Below, one piece after another: positions 1 to 9,116 of a stretch of 40,352 nucleotides of DNA (its first letter is position 1; each line of letters begins with the position of its first letter). The notes under the pieces were generated by a model. The model saw nothing but the letters and a program-made list of their open reading frames with translations, made no database searches and was not told the origin of the DNA. The stretch is taken from positions 1-40,352 of the forward strand of contig JAGBPE010000128.1 of assembly GCA_017633495.1 (NCBI GenBank), written 5' to 3'. The position numbers were made by a program, and so were the translations under genes. This DNA is from Bacteroidales bacterium (GTDB lineage: Bacteria; Bacteroidota; Bacteroidia; Bacteroidales; WCHB1-69).

Positions 1-467
1 AGTCCTCGCTTCTCGTCGCGAGAGACAGCTGTACATTGGCATCCTGCTCTTTCCAGCACGTAGGAGACTGCTGCTGCGGCTCCGCCCGTGCCCAACACCA
101 ACGCTCGCTCTGGGATGTCGCATCCTTGCAACGACTGCCGGAAACCGATGATGTCGGTATTGAACCCCTTCGTAACGAACTTGTTTCCTGTACGTTGAAT
201 CAATACGGTGTTGACGGCATGCACAGCTGTCGCCTCGTCGGAAAGAGCAGCCAGATAAGGGATGATGGTCTGCTTGTAGGGAATGGTGACGTTGAACCCA
301 ACTAAGTCGGGATGTTGTTGTATGAAAGAAATAATATCTTGAATGTCAGTTATTTCAAATAGAGAATATGAAGCATCTGAAATCTGCTCTCGACGGAACT
401 TCTCATCAAAATAGATTTTCGAGAAGCTGTGCGAGAGAGTTTTTCCGACAAGTCCGAATTGTCGCAT
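1..467 (-). CDS. aroE: shikimate 5-dehydrogenase, N-terminal ~155 aa; the 3' end of the gene lies beyond the left window edge
   Basis: Absent from the ORF track because the frame runs off the edge. Reverse-strand translation from the ATG at 467-465 gives MRQFGLVGKTLSHSFSKIYFDEKF...DLVGFNVTIPYKQTIIPYL...AVNTV...GFNTDIIGF...ALVLGTGGAAAAVSYVL with no stop down to position 1. This matches the AroE substrate-binding N-domain and the start of its NADP Rossmann GxGG segment. Confidence 0.85.
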   Translation of the reverse strand, partial: MRQFGLVGKTLSHSFSKIYFDEKFRREQISDASYSLFEITDIQDIISFIQQHPDLVGFNVTIPYKQTIIPYLAALSDEATAVHAVNTVLIQRTGNKFVTKGFNTDIIGFRQSLQGCDIPERALVLGTGGAAAAVSYVLERAGCQCTAVSRDEKRG

Positions 468-468
468 C

Positions 469-1236
469 TTATTGTTGATCCGTGGGTTCTGCGTTTTTGC
501 GCTTTTTGGCGGAAATGATCCACTTGACCACCACATAGGCCACTCCGATGGCGAAGATGGCTAACAGAGCGATGGTGAGTTCGTGGTTGTATTTGTCGAT
601 CAGGTCTTTTTGTCCGTGCGCAACATAGCCGAGGATGGCCAGCACCGTGTTCCATGCGGCTGCACCGAGCGAGGTGAAGAGGATGAACATCCCGATGTGC
701 ATCTTGGCGAGACCGGCAGGAATGGAGATGAGCTGACGGATGGCGGGAATAAAGCGGCCCACCAGTGTGGAAACATTGCCGTGCTCGCGGAAATAGTCCT
801 CTGCCTTCTGCACTTTTGCGCTGTCGAGCAGCAACATGTGACCCACTTTGCTGTCGGCGAACCAATAGATGATAGGGCGTCCGAGCCAAAGGGCCAGCAC
901 GTAGTTGATGAGAGCTCCGATGAGGGCTCCGAGCGTGGCGAACAGAATGACTAACAGCACGTTAACGAAATTCGACGAAGTGACGTGCAAGGTTTCGTTG
1001 TCGCTATTGCATGCTTGATAGGCGGCGGGCGGCACAATCACCTCCGACGGGAACGGGATGAACGAGCTCTCGATGGTCATCAGCAGCGTCACCGTGCCGT
1101 AGTTCAGGTGCTCGTTGTACCAAGAGATCACGCGTCCAGTAGCGGACGTTTCGGGTTGTACTTCGGGATTATCGGTTTGAGCCGTACCCATAAAGGCGCA
1201 GGCCGCGATGATCAGGATGAGCAGGACTTTCTTCAT
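469..1236 (-). CDS. DedA family membrane protein
   Basis: 255 aa multi-pass hydrophobic protein carrying the DedA signature VGRFIPAIRQLISIPAGLAKM. The N-terminus looks like a signal peptide (MKKVLLILIIAACAFMGTAQ). Its stop codon lies 1 nt before the aroE ATG. Confidence 0.85.
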   Translation of the reverse strand: MKKVLLILIIAACAFMGTAQTDNPEVQPETSATGRVISWYNEHLNYGTVTLLMTIESSFIPFPSEVIVPPAAYQACNSDNETLHVTSSNFVNVLLVILFATLGALIGALINYVLALWLGRPIIYWFADSKVGHMLLLDSAKVQKAEDYFREHGNVSTLVGRFIPAIRQLISIPAGLAKMHIGMFILFTSLGAAAWNTVLAILGYVAHGQKDLIDKYNHELTIALLAIFAIGVAYVVVKWIISAKKRKNAEPTDQQ

Positions 1237-1247
1237 CTATTGAAAAA

Positions 1248-2699
1248 CTAATTGTTGTGAATATCAGGAAGATGGTCGATGTAAGGGCTAACCATCATGA
1301 GTACTTCGGGATTCTGAGTGTAGAGGAGGTCAGTGTCGAGGTCGAGGAAGTCTTGTCGCACCCCTTCTTCGTTGATAATGAGGGCGTTTTGCAGGTGTTG
1401 AATGCCGATGGCCGGCTTTCCGTCCGCGATATAGAGCAGTGCGAAATAGTAGCCGAGATGCTTGTAAATCTCCGGATCGGGAAGGTCGGCAAAGCGCTCA
1501 TTCAGGATGTCGATGGCGATATGCTGCCAATGTACCACGTAGGTGAATTCGGTCAGCCATGCGCAGTAATCCAACGAGTTTTCGAACATGCTTTCGGCCA
1601 AGATGCAGAACTGACGGAAGGCATCTTCCAGTCCGTCGGTGCAGAGCGTGTCAAGTACCCACTCCAACTTCTCCAGCGTCAACTTTTGGGTGTTGTAGAA
1701 TTTCTTCACGAATTGCGCGGTTTCGTCCAGACGTCCTGAAAGTCGCAGCGTCTCAATGATTTCCGACAAAGAGTTGGGGTATTCGGGGTCTTGCTCGTTG
1801 GTCTGGTTGATTTGGAACAGCGCCTCGTCGTAGTATCCAAGTTGCCGGAAGGCGATGCCAAGCAGGATGCGCGGGTTGATGGTGTTGGTGTCGTGAACTT
1901 GCCAGCAGAGCTCGATGCATTTGTCATAGTTGCCGAGCATATAATGCTCTTTGGCAATGGCATACAGACAAGAGGGGTCGGGCTCGATGGCGTAAGCAAA
2001 CTCGAAAGCCTCCAGCGAGGTGGCGTGATTGTCATCGGCGGCGTTGAGCGCTCCCGTCACCATCCACGTCTGCTTGGAGAGCGGGAACTCTTTGTTCAGA
2101 CGAGTCACCAACTCAAGTTCGGAGTCAAAGCGGCCGGACTTGAAATGGCTGTTGGAAAGCACCAAAAGGTCGATATTGTCGAGCACGTTGTTGTCGTAGC
2201 GGGTGGCCTCCATTATACAATCGAATGCCTTGTCGACGTTGTGCTTGTCGAGATAGAGGTTGGTGAGGATGAAGTAGGCGTTGGAAGAGGGCTCGATGGC
2301 GATGGCCTTCGTGACCAACTCTCTGACGTTCAGGTTGAAATGGAACGTGTAAGCCATGAATGCAATTTCTTCGTAGAGCTCTGCAGAGGGTGGAAAGCGT
2401 CGCAGGGCGGTCATGATGAACCGCTGGGCCTCCTCCTTCTGGTCGTTCCAGATATAGAAACGAGCCTGCCAGATGGCAAATTCAGGATCTTCGGGGAATG
2501 CTTTTCTCGCACCGGCGATGGCTTTTTTGAGGTAATCGCCTTTTTGAGAGAACATTAGGTTTGAGATGATGATGTCATACTCCGCCTCATTATACGTTTT
2601 GTTGATCCCTCTGTCGCAGGCATCACAGAACGCATTCGCCAAAGTGATTTCCTCTTCGGTGAATTCATCTTCCTCATTATCATCATTATAGAATTTCAT
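1248..2699 (-). CDS. cytoplasmic helical-repeat (TPR-like) protein of unknown function
   Basis: 483 aa ORF with an acidic N-terminus (DDNEEDEFTEEE) and no signal peptide. The composition is alpha-helical repeat. A -7 promoter box sits 22 nt upstream. I do not recognise the family. Confidence 0.6.
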   Translation of the reverse strand: MKFYNDDNEEDEFTEEEITLANAFCDACDRGINKTYNEAEYDIIISNLMFSQKGDYLKKAIAGARKAFPEDPEFAIWQARFYIWNDQKEEAQRFIMTALRRFPPSAELYEEIAFMAYTFHFNLNVRELVTKAIAIEPSSNAYFILTNLYLDKHNVDKAFDCIMEATRYDNNVLDNIDLLVLSNSHFKSGRFDSELELVTRLNKEFPLSKQTWMVTGALNAADDNHATSLEAFEFAYAIEPDPSCLYAIAKEHYMLGNYDKCIELCWQVHDTNTINPRILLGIAFRQLGYYDEALFQINQTNEQDPEYPNSLSEIIETLRLSGRLDETAQFVKKFYNTQKLTLEKLEWVLDTLCTDGLEDAFRQFCILAESMFENSLDYCAWLTEFTYVVHWQHIAIDILNERFADLPDPEIYKHLGYYFALLYIADGKPAIGIQHLQNALIINEEGVRQDFLDLDTDLLYTQNPEVLMMVSPYIDHLPDIHNN

Positions 2700-2721
2700 T
2701 GCCTCTCTTTTTTACAGTTTG

Positions 2722-2729
2722 CAAAGATA
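2722..2729 (-). promoter_or_regulatory. Bacteroidetes -7 promoter box TATCTTTG
   Basis: The reverse strand reads TATCTTTG, matching TAnnTTTG, 22 nt upstream of the ATG at 2699. It lies inside the TTTGCAAAGATA word that recurs at other starts in this window. Confidence 0.5.
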
Positions 2730-2734
2730 CACTT

Positions 2735-3688
2735 TTATCGGTAGCGTTCGGCACTGTCGGTGTCTCCCATGGCGGTGTAGGCCTCAAACAGACCTTTGCG
2801 AATCTGCTGCATCAATTCCGCGTCGAAAGCGAAAGCACGCGCTTGTTGGTAGTACTCCACAGCTTTGTCGGGCTGGCCGGTTTTCAAAAATGCATGAGCC
2901 AGCGCAGCCAGAATAGCGGAGGATTGCGGGAACAGAGTCGTCAGATCCTCTTCGTATGCAGTGAATTTCCGCCATTGCTGGGCCTTGTCGGTGGCTTCCG
3001 CGAAAGCCATCCAGAGGTCGTAGTCGGTGTCGTCATGAGTTAATGAGTTCTCGAGCGCGATGACTGCCTGCGAATAGTTCTTCTCTGCCAATAACTTGAT
3101 GCCATTCTCTTTGTTCTTTTCATTGTCAGGCATTTCAGGTGTGGGCTCTTGAACCGTTTCCGTTTCTCCGGTCAGTTTTGCCAAGCGTTCATGAACCTCA
3201 ATGGCTTTCTCGTTCATTTGGCAGATGGAGTAGCACATGTAGAGACGCTCCAGGTATCTCTCGTTGTCGGGCATCTTTTGGCAGATTTTCTCCCAATAGG
3301 GGATAGGGTCTTTGTAGTTGCCCGTGTGCATGTAATACTCGGCCAGCTCCACTTGGTACCAGATGTTGTTCTTCTCCAATTTGATAGCTTGCTTGAAAGC
3401 GTTTTCGGCTTCCGAATACTGCTTCCTTTCTGCGTAAACACGTCCGGTCATGAAGTAGGAGGGGGCATGCTTGGGCGCGTCGATGAGGATGCCGGAGAAT
3501 TGCTGCAGCGCCTCTTCGTACTGCGCCGTGTAGTAAGAGCGCAAACCTTGGTTGAAACGGTTCGAAATTTGCCGCTCAGTGACTGCCTCTTTGCTGTTGG
3601 AAGCGGTTTTGCGCACCTTTTTACCGGATTGGGCGCTCAGACCTGCCGTCAATGCGACGCAAACGATGAAAATCAGGAGTCTTCTCAT
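2735..3688 (-). CDS. secreted tetratricopeptide-repeat protein
   Basis: 317 aa with signal peptide MRRLLIFIVCVALTAGLSAQ. TPR-like segments include YEEALQQFSGILIDAPK, YSEAENAFKQAIKLEKNN and YSQAVIALENSL. Confidence 0.7.
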   Translation of the reverse strand: MRRLLIFIVCVALTAGLSAQSGKKVRKTASNSKEAVTERQISNRFNQGLRSYYTAQYEEALQQFSGILIDAPKHAPSYFMTGRVYAERKQYSEAENAFKQAIKLEKNNIWYQVELAEYYMHTGNYKDPIPYWEKICQKMPDNERYLERLYMCYSICQMNEKAIEVHERLAKLTGETETVQEPTPEMPDNEKNKENGIKLLAEKNYSQAVIALENSLTHDDTDYDLWMAFAEATDKAQQWRKFTAYEEDLTTLFPQSSAILAALAHAFLKTGQPDKAVEYYQQARAFAFDAELMQQIRKGLFEAYTAMGDTDSAERYR

Positions 3689-3700
3689 GATCTTTCGGGA

Positions 3701-4144
3701 TTATTTTTTACCGCTGTGACCGAAACCGCCGGCACCGCGTTCGGTGTCAGAGAGCTCTTCCTTCGAAGCCACCTCTTGAACCTCCACCTGTTGGAATTTG
3801 GCGATCACCATCTGGGCGATGCGCTCACCATGCTGGATTTCAAACGGCTCTTGCGAGAGGTTGACCAGAATCACACAAACCTCGCCACGGTAGTCGGCGT
3901 CGATGGTGCCTGGACTGTTGAGCACCGTGATGCCGTGTTTGAGTGCCAATCCGCTTCGAGGACGGATCTGTGCCTCGCAATCTGGCGGAAGTTCCATGAA
4001 CAATCCGGTCGGAATCAACTTTCGCTCAAGGGGTTGCAACACCACGGGCTCTGAAAGGTTCGCCCGCAAATCCATGCCCGCCGCACACTCCGAGGCATAC
4101 GCCGGCAATTGGTTGGTTGATTGGTTGTATATTTTTATTGTCAT
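3701..4144 (-). CDS. dut: dUTP diphosphatase
   Basis: 147 aa with canonical dUTPase motifs: [34 protein letters not shown] and a C-terminal [10 protein letters not shown]. Confidence 0.95.
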   Translation of the reverse strand: MTIKIYNQSTNQLPAYASECAAGMDLRANLSEPVVLQPLERKLIPTGLFMELPPDCEAQIRPRSGLALKHGITVLNSPGTIDADYRGEVCVILVNLSQEPFEIQHGERIAQMVIAKFQQVEVQEVASKEELSDTERGAGGFGHSGKK

Positions 4145-4153
4145 AATTAGTAA

Positions 4154-4996
4154 TTACTGCACAATTTCACCTTCTTTCACCGCTTTGTCGTACAACTCCT
4201 GGATATAGCGGTTGATGTACTCCGCTTTGCGTTGGTTCATCAGGAGCATGCCGGCGGCGGCGCGTTCCTCTTTGGTCTCATTCACAGAACGTTGCGAGCG
4301 GTAGTCGAGGATGACCAGCAAGATGGTGTTGTCGCCCACCTCCTTTTCAATCTTGACGATTTCCCCTTTGTTGGCAGCCTTCTCGGCATCGATTTGGAAG
4401 GAGACTTCGTTTTGCAGGTCGTCCAGATAGAGCCAAGCGTCGTCGTCGAGCAGATACTCAATGGTGTCACCCAATAGGCTTACCAGGCGTTCCTTCTCCT
4501 CGTGGCGACGGCTTTCGTCGAAGAGAATCTCTTTCGCTTTCGAAACCGCAGAGTTGCCGGTTGGGATTTTCGCGTAGTTGACCCTCACTATCTCTTTGTC
4601 AACGGTGTAGCGACTGTCCAAAGAGCGGGCGAACTCCGAAATTTCTCCGGAAGTTATCTTGTTGCTGAGGGTGTCCTTCCGCCAGAGTTTTTCATAATAT
4701 CTGTTGATTAACAAAGAGTTGCGGTATTCGGTCATCTCTTTGTCGAAGTTTTTTTCACGCGGAGTGAGATGCTTTTCTGCTTCGTGCAGCACCAGCTTCT
4801 CCTTTACCCAGCTGTCGATGTAGTCGCGCACCATGGCCAGACTGTCATCGGGGGAGAGCCCAACGGGCATGCCGGACCGGACCTCGGAGGCGTAGAGCTT
4901 GTATTGGTACACCTGAGCCACCACGGGGTCGTCTTTCTTCCGGCAACCGGAGCAAAAGATGATGAGGATGCAGAGTATGACGCTGATTCTCTTCAC
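4154..4996 (-). CDS. SurA-N-like periplasmic chaperone lipoprotein without a parvulin domain
   Basis: 280 aa with a lipoprotein signal (ILIIFCSGC). The helical body resembles a SurA N-terminal domain. Its ATG lies 1 nt after the stop of the upstream PpiC gene. Confidence 0.6.
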   Translation of the reverse strand: MKRISVILCILIIFCSGCRKKDDPVVAQVYQYKLYASEVRSGMPVGLSPDDSLAMVRDYIDSWVKEKLVLHEAEKHLTPREKNFDKEMTEYRNSLLINRYYEKLWRKDTLSNKITSGEISEFARSLDSRYTVDKEIVRVNYAKIPTGNSAVSKAKEILFDESRRHEEKERLVSLLGDTIEYLLDDDAWLYLDDLQNEVSFQIDAEKAANKGEIVKIEKEVGDNTILLVILDYRSQRSVNETKEERAAAGMLLMNQRKAEYINRYIQELYDKAVKEGEIVQ

Positions 4997-4997
4997 G

Positions 4998-6743
4998 TTA
5001 TTTCTTTAAGATGGAACGGAAAACCTCTTCGTTCAACTTCACCGGATATTTTTGGTGCAGCTCTGCCAACCACTGCTTCTCGAGCAGGTCTTGGTATTGG
5101 CTGATAACCACGGCGCGCACTTCGCTGAACGGCTTGTAAGGATTGAGGGAGTCGCCGGTGGCGAATTGGGCCTTGGTCTCCTCGTAGAGACGCTCCGCTC
5201 CGACAGTGTCTTGGATGGCGGCGTTCCACACTTTCAAAGAGTTGACCTCGTAGATCATCAGACCGTCGTACACCTCGTTCACCACGTCGCGATATTCGGG
5301 ATACTTCGTCATCAGTTGCGTGCTCTCATAGCGCAAGATGTTTTCTCCCACGAAGTTAGAATATTCTTGTTCGAGGAATGCCGCCACAGTGCCGGTCAGT
5401 TGTCTGCCTTGGAAACGTGAAAGGTATCTGCCGAAATCCTGGGCTGTGAGCTGTTTGTCGGCAAACGTACACATCGGTTTCAGCTTTTCGATACCCTTGA
5501 TGGAGTCGATGGCGACGGTTTTGGTCTGGAAGAAGTTTTCGCTCATGTTCTTCTGGAGGAATTTCATGGCCGCTTTCTTGCCTTTCTCGTCATAGTTGTA
5601 TTCCACTTTCAGCTTCTCCACAAGCGAGGCCTTGCTCTTTTTAGAGCGGGAGTCGCGCCCGAGACGGTTCTTGAGCATATATTTGAACTCATCGTTGACG
5701 GTGGTGTAGACGATGGAGTCAAGCTTGAGGATGTGCCAGCCGATAGCCGAGGGTACCGGATCGGAAATCTGACCGCGCTTCAGATTGATGGCCGCTTGGA
5801 TGTAGTTGCCGGGGCGACGGTTCGGGGTGAAAGGTTCCATACGACCTCCGTTGAATTTAGTGGCTTGGTCGTCTGAAAACTGAGCGGCGAGACTGTCAAA
5901 TGAGATTCCTTCAGAATATTTGTGTTTGATGAGTGCGCATTTTTGCATGGCGGCGTAGTTGTCGACCTTGGAGTCAAGAGCGTTGCTGTCTCTGATAAAT
6001 ATTTGAGATACAAACAGTTTCGCAATTGCAGGGATTTTATCTTGTACATACACGAGGTGATAGCCGAATTGGGTGCGCACGGGTTGGGAAACCTGTCCGA
6101 CCGGCGTGTTGTATGCTGCTGTCTCGAAGGGGTAAATCATCTCTAACACAGAGAAATAACCGATGTCGCCTCGGTTGCCGTGGGTCAGACGATGGGATTG
6201 AGGGTTTACATAGTCGCGGGCAGACTGGTCATCGGAATAAAGCACAGCAGCCTCTCCAAAGTCGAGTCCGTTGGTGATCTCTTCTCTGATTTTCATGATT
6301 TTGTGATAGGCGGCCAAAGTGTCTTTCGGACTGGCATCCTCGGGTACGCGAATCAAGATGTGGGAAGCACGGACATGATAACGCGCACGCTCGGTGGTCT
6401 CGTCCAACAGCTGGTCACTCACCTCGGTATCAATCAAATACTGCTGAGCGTATTGGCTTTTGTAGGAGGCCCACTCTTTCTGGAAACTCTGCGCCGTGTC
6501 GAGTTTCAACTCCTTGGCTTCCTGCACTTTCATGCGATAGTCCATATAGAGCTGGAGATACTCGCGCAGATCGGCTTCCGTAGCTTCGCTCAAAGAGCTG
6601 TTCTTCTGGTATGCCTTGATGAACTCGGATTTTGTCACGTTTTCTTTGCCTACAGTCATCAGCACGGGATCGTTGCTTTGGGCGCAAACCATGACATTCG
6701 CAAGTGCGAAAATGGAAATCATCAAAGAGATTGTTTTTTTCAT
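4998..6743 (-). CDS. peptidyl-prolyl cis-trans isomerase, SurA/PpiC family, with two parvulin domains
   Basis: The start is moved from the ORF-track 6848 to the ATG at 6743, giving the signal peptide MKKTISLMISIFALANVMVCAQS. Parvulin blocks are VRASHILIRV...GDIGYF...FGYHLVYVQDK and SQIFIR...GWHILKLDS. Confidence 0.85.
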   Translation of the reverse strand: MKKTISLMISIFALANVMVCAQSNDPVLMTVGKENVTKSEFIKAYQKNSSLSEATEADLREYLQLYMDYRMKVQEAKELKLDTAQSFQKEWASYKSQYAQQYLIDTEVSDQLLDETTERARYHVRASHILIRVPEDASPKDTLAAYHKIMKIREEITNGLDFGEAAVLYSDDQSARDYVNPQSHRLTHGNRGDIGYFSVLEMIYPFETAAYNTPVGQVSQPVRTQFGYHLVYVQDKIPAIAKLFVSQIFIRDSNALDSKVDNYAAMQKCALIKHKYSEGISFDSLAAQFSDDQATKFNGGRMEPFTPNRRPGNYIQAAINLKRGQISDPVPSAIGWHILKLDSIVYTTVNDEFKYMLKNRLGRDSRSKKSKASLVEKLKVEYNYDEKGKKAAMKFLQKNMSENFFQTKTVAIDSIKGIEKLKPMCTFADKQLTAQDFGRYLSRFQGRQLTGTVAAFLEQEYSNFVGENILRYESTQLMTKYPEYRDVVNEVYDGLMIYEVNSLKVWNAAIQDTVGAERLYEETKAQFATGDSLNPYKPFSEVRAVVISQYQDLLEKQWLAELHQKYPVKLNEEVFRSILKK

Positions 6744-6799
6744 AATAATCTGTATATCAGTTCTTTTTATTTGTTTGTTTATTTCTTCAATTTGAGATG

Positions 6800-6807
6800 C
6801 AAAGATA
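6800..6807 (-). promoter_or_regulatory. -7 promoter box TATCTTTG for the ppiC-led gene array
   Basis: The reverse strand reads TATCTTTG, 57 nt upstream of the ATG at 6743. Confidence 0.55.
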
Positions 6808-6879
6808 ACATAAATAATCAACTTTGAATCATTAAAAATGCAACCCAAAATAATGTTGTTTTGCGTGGCTTTTTAGTTT

Positions 6880-6903
6880 GAAAAATTAATAGAAAAATTA
6901 ATA
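6880..6903. repeat. perfect 12-bp tandem repeat GAAAAATTAATA x2
   Basis: Read directly from the sequence. It lies in the divergent ppiC/capD spacer. Confidence 0.9.
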
Positions 6904-6914
6904 AATCATTGCTG

Positions 6915-6929
6915 TTTTTTTTTTTTTTT
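6915..6929. repeat. T15 homopolymer tract
   Basis: 15 uninterrupted T residues between the two outward-facing -7 boxes. A further T8 run lies at 6955-6962. Confidence 0.95.
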
Positions 6930-6992
6930 GATAAACAAAATGGTGTCAATAAAATTTTTTTTGTGAGTGTTGATACTGTTATATTTATTTTC

Positions 6993-7000
6993 TAATTTTG
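6993..7000 (+). promoter_or_regulatory. -7 promoter box TAATTTTG, candidate capD promoter
   Basis: Matches TAnnTTTG about 100 nt upstream of the ATG at 7101. This implies an unusually long leader. Confidence 0.4.
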
Positions 7001-7100
7001 CCTTTATGTTTTTTAAATGAAAAACTCGAAGTTTGAAGAAGAGAGGCTTGATTTGTAAGTGAGTGATTCATTGTTTGTTGTTAAGTAATTGCATTAAAAT

Positions 7101-9026
7101 ATGGCAAATATAATAGACAGACTGGCCGGCAAGATTTCGACATTTTTGGATTCGAGATTGATTTTTTTGCTGGATTTGGTGAACTCATTGGCGGCTTCAT
7201 TGCTCGCTTTGCTTGCCCTCGGCTATATGCGGGGCACATTTTATGCCTCCGGTCGCTTCGCGTTGCTGTGGATGTGCACATCCTTGATCGCTTTCGTGGT
7301 CGCCATGCTGATTTTCAAGGGGCATAAGCTGATTATCAGGCATTTGAAGTTCTTCGATATGATTTGTTTCATGGAGGAGGCAGGATTCAAAGTCGTGGTG
7401 ATGGCGATTGTGATGACGGTTGCTTATATGAAGTTGTATGCCGGAGTGCTCTTCGCTCTTTTTGCAGACTTTGTCTTCACGATCCTCTTTTTGCTTGGTG
7501 TTCGTCTGATGATGATTGTCGCTTACCGCATCTTTCTGAACAAACAGGTGGCTAAGCGTAACTGTCAGCGGGTGCTCCTGTTCGGAACCTCCGACAAAAC
7601 ATTGGCGGCTATTATGCGTCTGGAGAATTCCACTCATTATCAGGTGGTGGGTATGATTTCCAAGGAGAAACAGCCTGAGAATCTGAGAATTGCCGACTAT
7701 CCCGTTTTTAACTATGACGATGTCAAGCGCTTTGAGCAGATTGTGAATGAATATGACGTGGACGCTGTGCTCTTCACCTCTGAGATTGATGCCAAGAACG
7801 AACGCGACGGACTGGTGAAAATCTGTTCGGATTTGCATATCCGCCAACTTATTATCCCGAACATTGATGTGATGTCCGGCAATTTTACTCACAACAACAT
7901 TCGTAACGTCAAAATTGAGGACTTGCTGGGTCGTGAGGAGATCAAAATTTCCATGGATGCCATTATCGCCAATTTCAAAGACAAGGTGGTGATGGTGACG
8001 GGCGCTGCAGGCTCCATCGGCTCCGAACTCTGTCGTCAGCTCGCCGGATTTGGCGTCAAACAGCTGGTGCTTTTCGACAATGCAGAAACGCCGATGCACA
8101 ACATTCGCCTCGAACTCGAAGAGAAGTTCCCGCACCTTTCATTCGTCCCCGTTATCGGTGATGTGCGGCAAGGTCCTCGCGTCGACTATGCATTCCGTAA
8201 ATTCCACCCGCAAATTGTCTTCCATGCAGCCGCTTACAAGCATGTGCCGCTTATGGAGGAGAATCCCTGCGAGGCCATCCGTGTCAATGTGCATGGTACC
8301 CACACCGTGGCCGACAAATGTATCGAATACGGTGTTGAGAAGATGGTGATGATTTCCACCGATAAGGCGGTGAACCCCACCAACGTGATGGGCTGTTCAA
8401 AGAGAATTGCCGAGATTTACGTGCAGTCGCTCGGACTTGCCATCGAACGCGGTGAGATTAAGGGCAATACCACATTCGTGACCACGCGTTTCGGAAACGT
8501 GCTGGGTTCCAATGGTTCCGTGATTCCGCGTTTCAGAGAACAGATTGAGAAGGGCGGTCCTGTTACGGTCACCGATCCCAACATCACCCGATTCTTCATG
8601 ACCATCCCCGAGGCTTGCCGTCTGGTGATGGAGGCTGCCACGATTAGTACCGGCACCCAGATTTTCGTTTTTGATATGGGCGAGTCTGTGAAGATTGACG
8701 ATTTGGCTAAACGCATGATCGACCTTGCCGGACTGAAACTCGGCGAAGACATCGAGATTGAATATGTGGGTCTGCGCCCCGGTGAAAAACTTTACGAAGA
8801 GGTGCTCTCCAACAAGGAGAATACGATAGAAACCGAACACGACCGTATTTTCATCGCCAAGGTGCGCAAATACGACTACAAAGAAGCCCTTGCCGCCGTG
8901 GAGGATATGGAAGAGAAGTCTATCTTTGTGCAGATTCCTGAGATGGTGAAGAAGATGAAAGAGTTTGTGCCTGAGTTCATTAGTCAGAACTCCGTTTTCC
9001 AGCAATACGATAAACCTCGGCAATAA
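7101..9026 (+). CDS. membrane-anchored NDP-sugar 4,6-dehydratase/epimerase, CapD/WbpM/PglF family
   Basis: 641 aa with four N-terminal TM helices and an SDR Rossmann motif (VTGAAGSIGSEL). Catalytic region: AAYKHVPLME...STDKAVNPTNVMGCSKR. Confidence 0.9.
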   Translation: MANIIDRLAGKISTFLDSRLIFLLDLVNSLAASLLALLALGYMRGTFYASGRFALLWMCTSLIAFVVAMLIFKGHKLIIRHLKFFDMICFMEEAGFKVVVMAIVMTVAYMKLYAGVLFALFADFVFTILFLLGVRLMMIVAYRIFLNKQVAKRNCQRVLLFGTSDKTLAAIMRLENSTHYQVVGMISKEKQPENLRIADYPVFNYDDVKRFEQIVNEYDVDAVLFTSEIDAKNERDGLVKICSDLHIRQLIIPNIDVMSGNFTHNNIRNVKIEDLLGREEIKISMDAIIANFKDKVVMVTGAAGSIGSELCRQLAGFGVKQLVLFDNAETPMHNIRLELEEKFPHLSFVPVIGDVRQGPRVDYAFRKFHPQIVFHAAAYKHVPLMEENPCEAIRVNVHGTHTVADKCIEYGVEKMVMISTDKAVNPTNVMGCSKRIAEIYVQSLGLAIERGEIKGNTTFVTTRFGNVLGSNGSVIPRFREQIEKGGPVTVTDPNITRFFMTIPEACRLVMEAATISTGTQIFVFDMGESVKIDDLAKRMIDLAGLKLGEDIEIEYVGLRPGEKLYEEVLSNKENTIETEHDRIFIAKVRKYDYKEALAAVEDMEEKSIFVQIPEMVKKMKEFVPEFISQNSVFQQYDKPRQ

Positions 9027-9046
9027 TATTAAGGTAATAAATATTG

Positions 9047-9080
9047 AAAAAAGGCTGTCTTTCCGGACAGCCTTTTTTAA
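9047..9080. terminator. intrinsic terminator hairpin with flanking A and T tracts
   Basis: AAAAAAGGCTGTC-TTTCCG-GACAGCCTTTTTT, a 9-bp stem at 9051-9059/9066-9074, placed 20 nt after the capD stop. Confidence 0.8.
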
Positions 9081-9089
9081 TAAAAAGTG

Positions 9090-9097
9090 TATATTTG
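9090..9097 (+). promoter_or_regulatory. -7 promoter box TATATTTG
   Basis: Matches TAnnTTTG 20 nt upstream of the ATG at 9117. Confidence 0.55.
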
Positions 9098-9116
9098 CCG
9101 CTTAAAGTTTAGTATT

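Noticed and set aside
36-305. Plus-strand 89-aa ORF at the left edge
   Set aside because: The opposite strand across 1-467 translates into an unmistakable AroE N-terminus. The plus-strand ORF is a shadow frame with no recognisable motifs.
350-889. Minus-strand 179-aa ORF overlapping the aroE and DedA genes
   Set aside because: It lies out of frame with two recognisable genes, has an Arg/His/Ser-rich composition typical of off-frame translation, and spans the aroE/DedA junction.
6744-6848. ORF-track N-terminal extensions: ppiC to 6848, VOC from GTG 9087, MATE from GTG 11990, response regulator from 26654, gyrB to 17890, DUF4954-like from GTG 25917
   Set aside because: The extensions run through promoter boxes, AT-rich spacers or the repeat hairpin, and they lack signal-peptide or domain logic. 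Internal ATGs give canonical N-termini such as signal peptides, the receiver-domain start and the GyrB N-terminus.
6744-7100. Invertible (inverton-type) promoter upstream of the capD-like gene
   Set aside because: I found no pair of inverted repeats 10 bp or longer flanking the promoter region, and no nearby recombinase gene.
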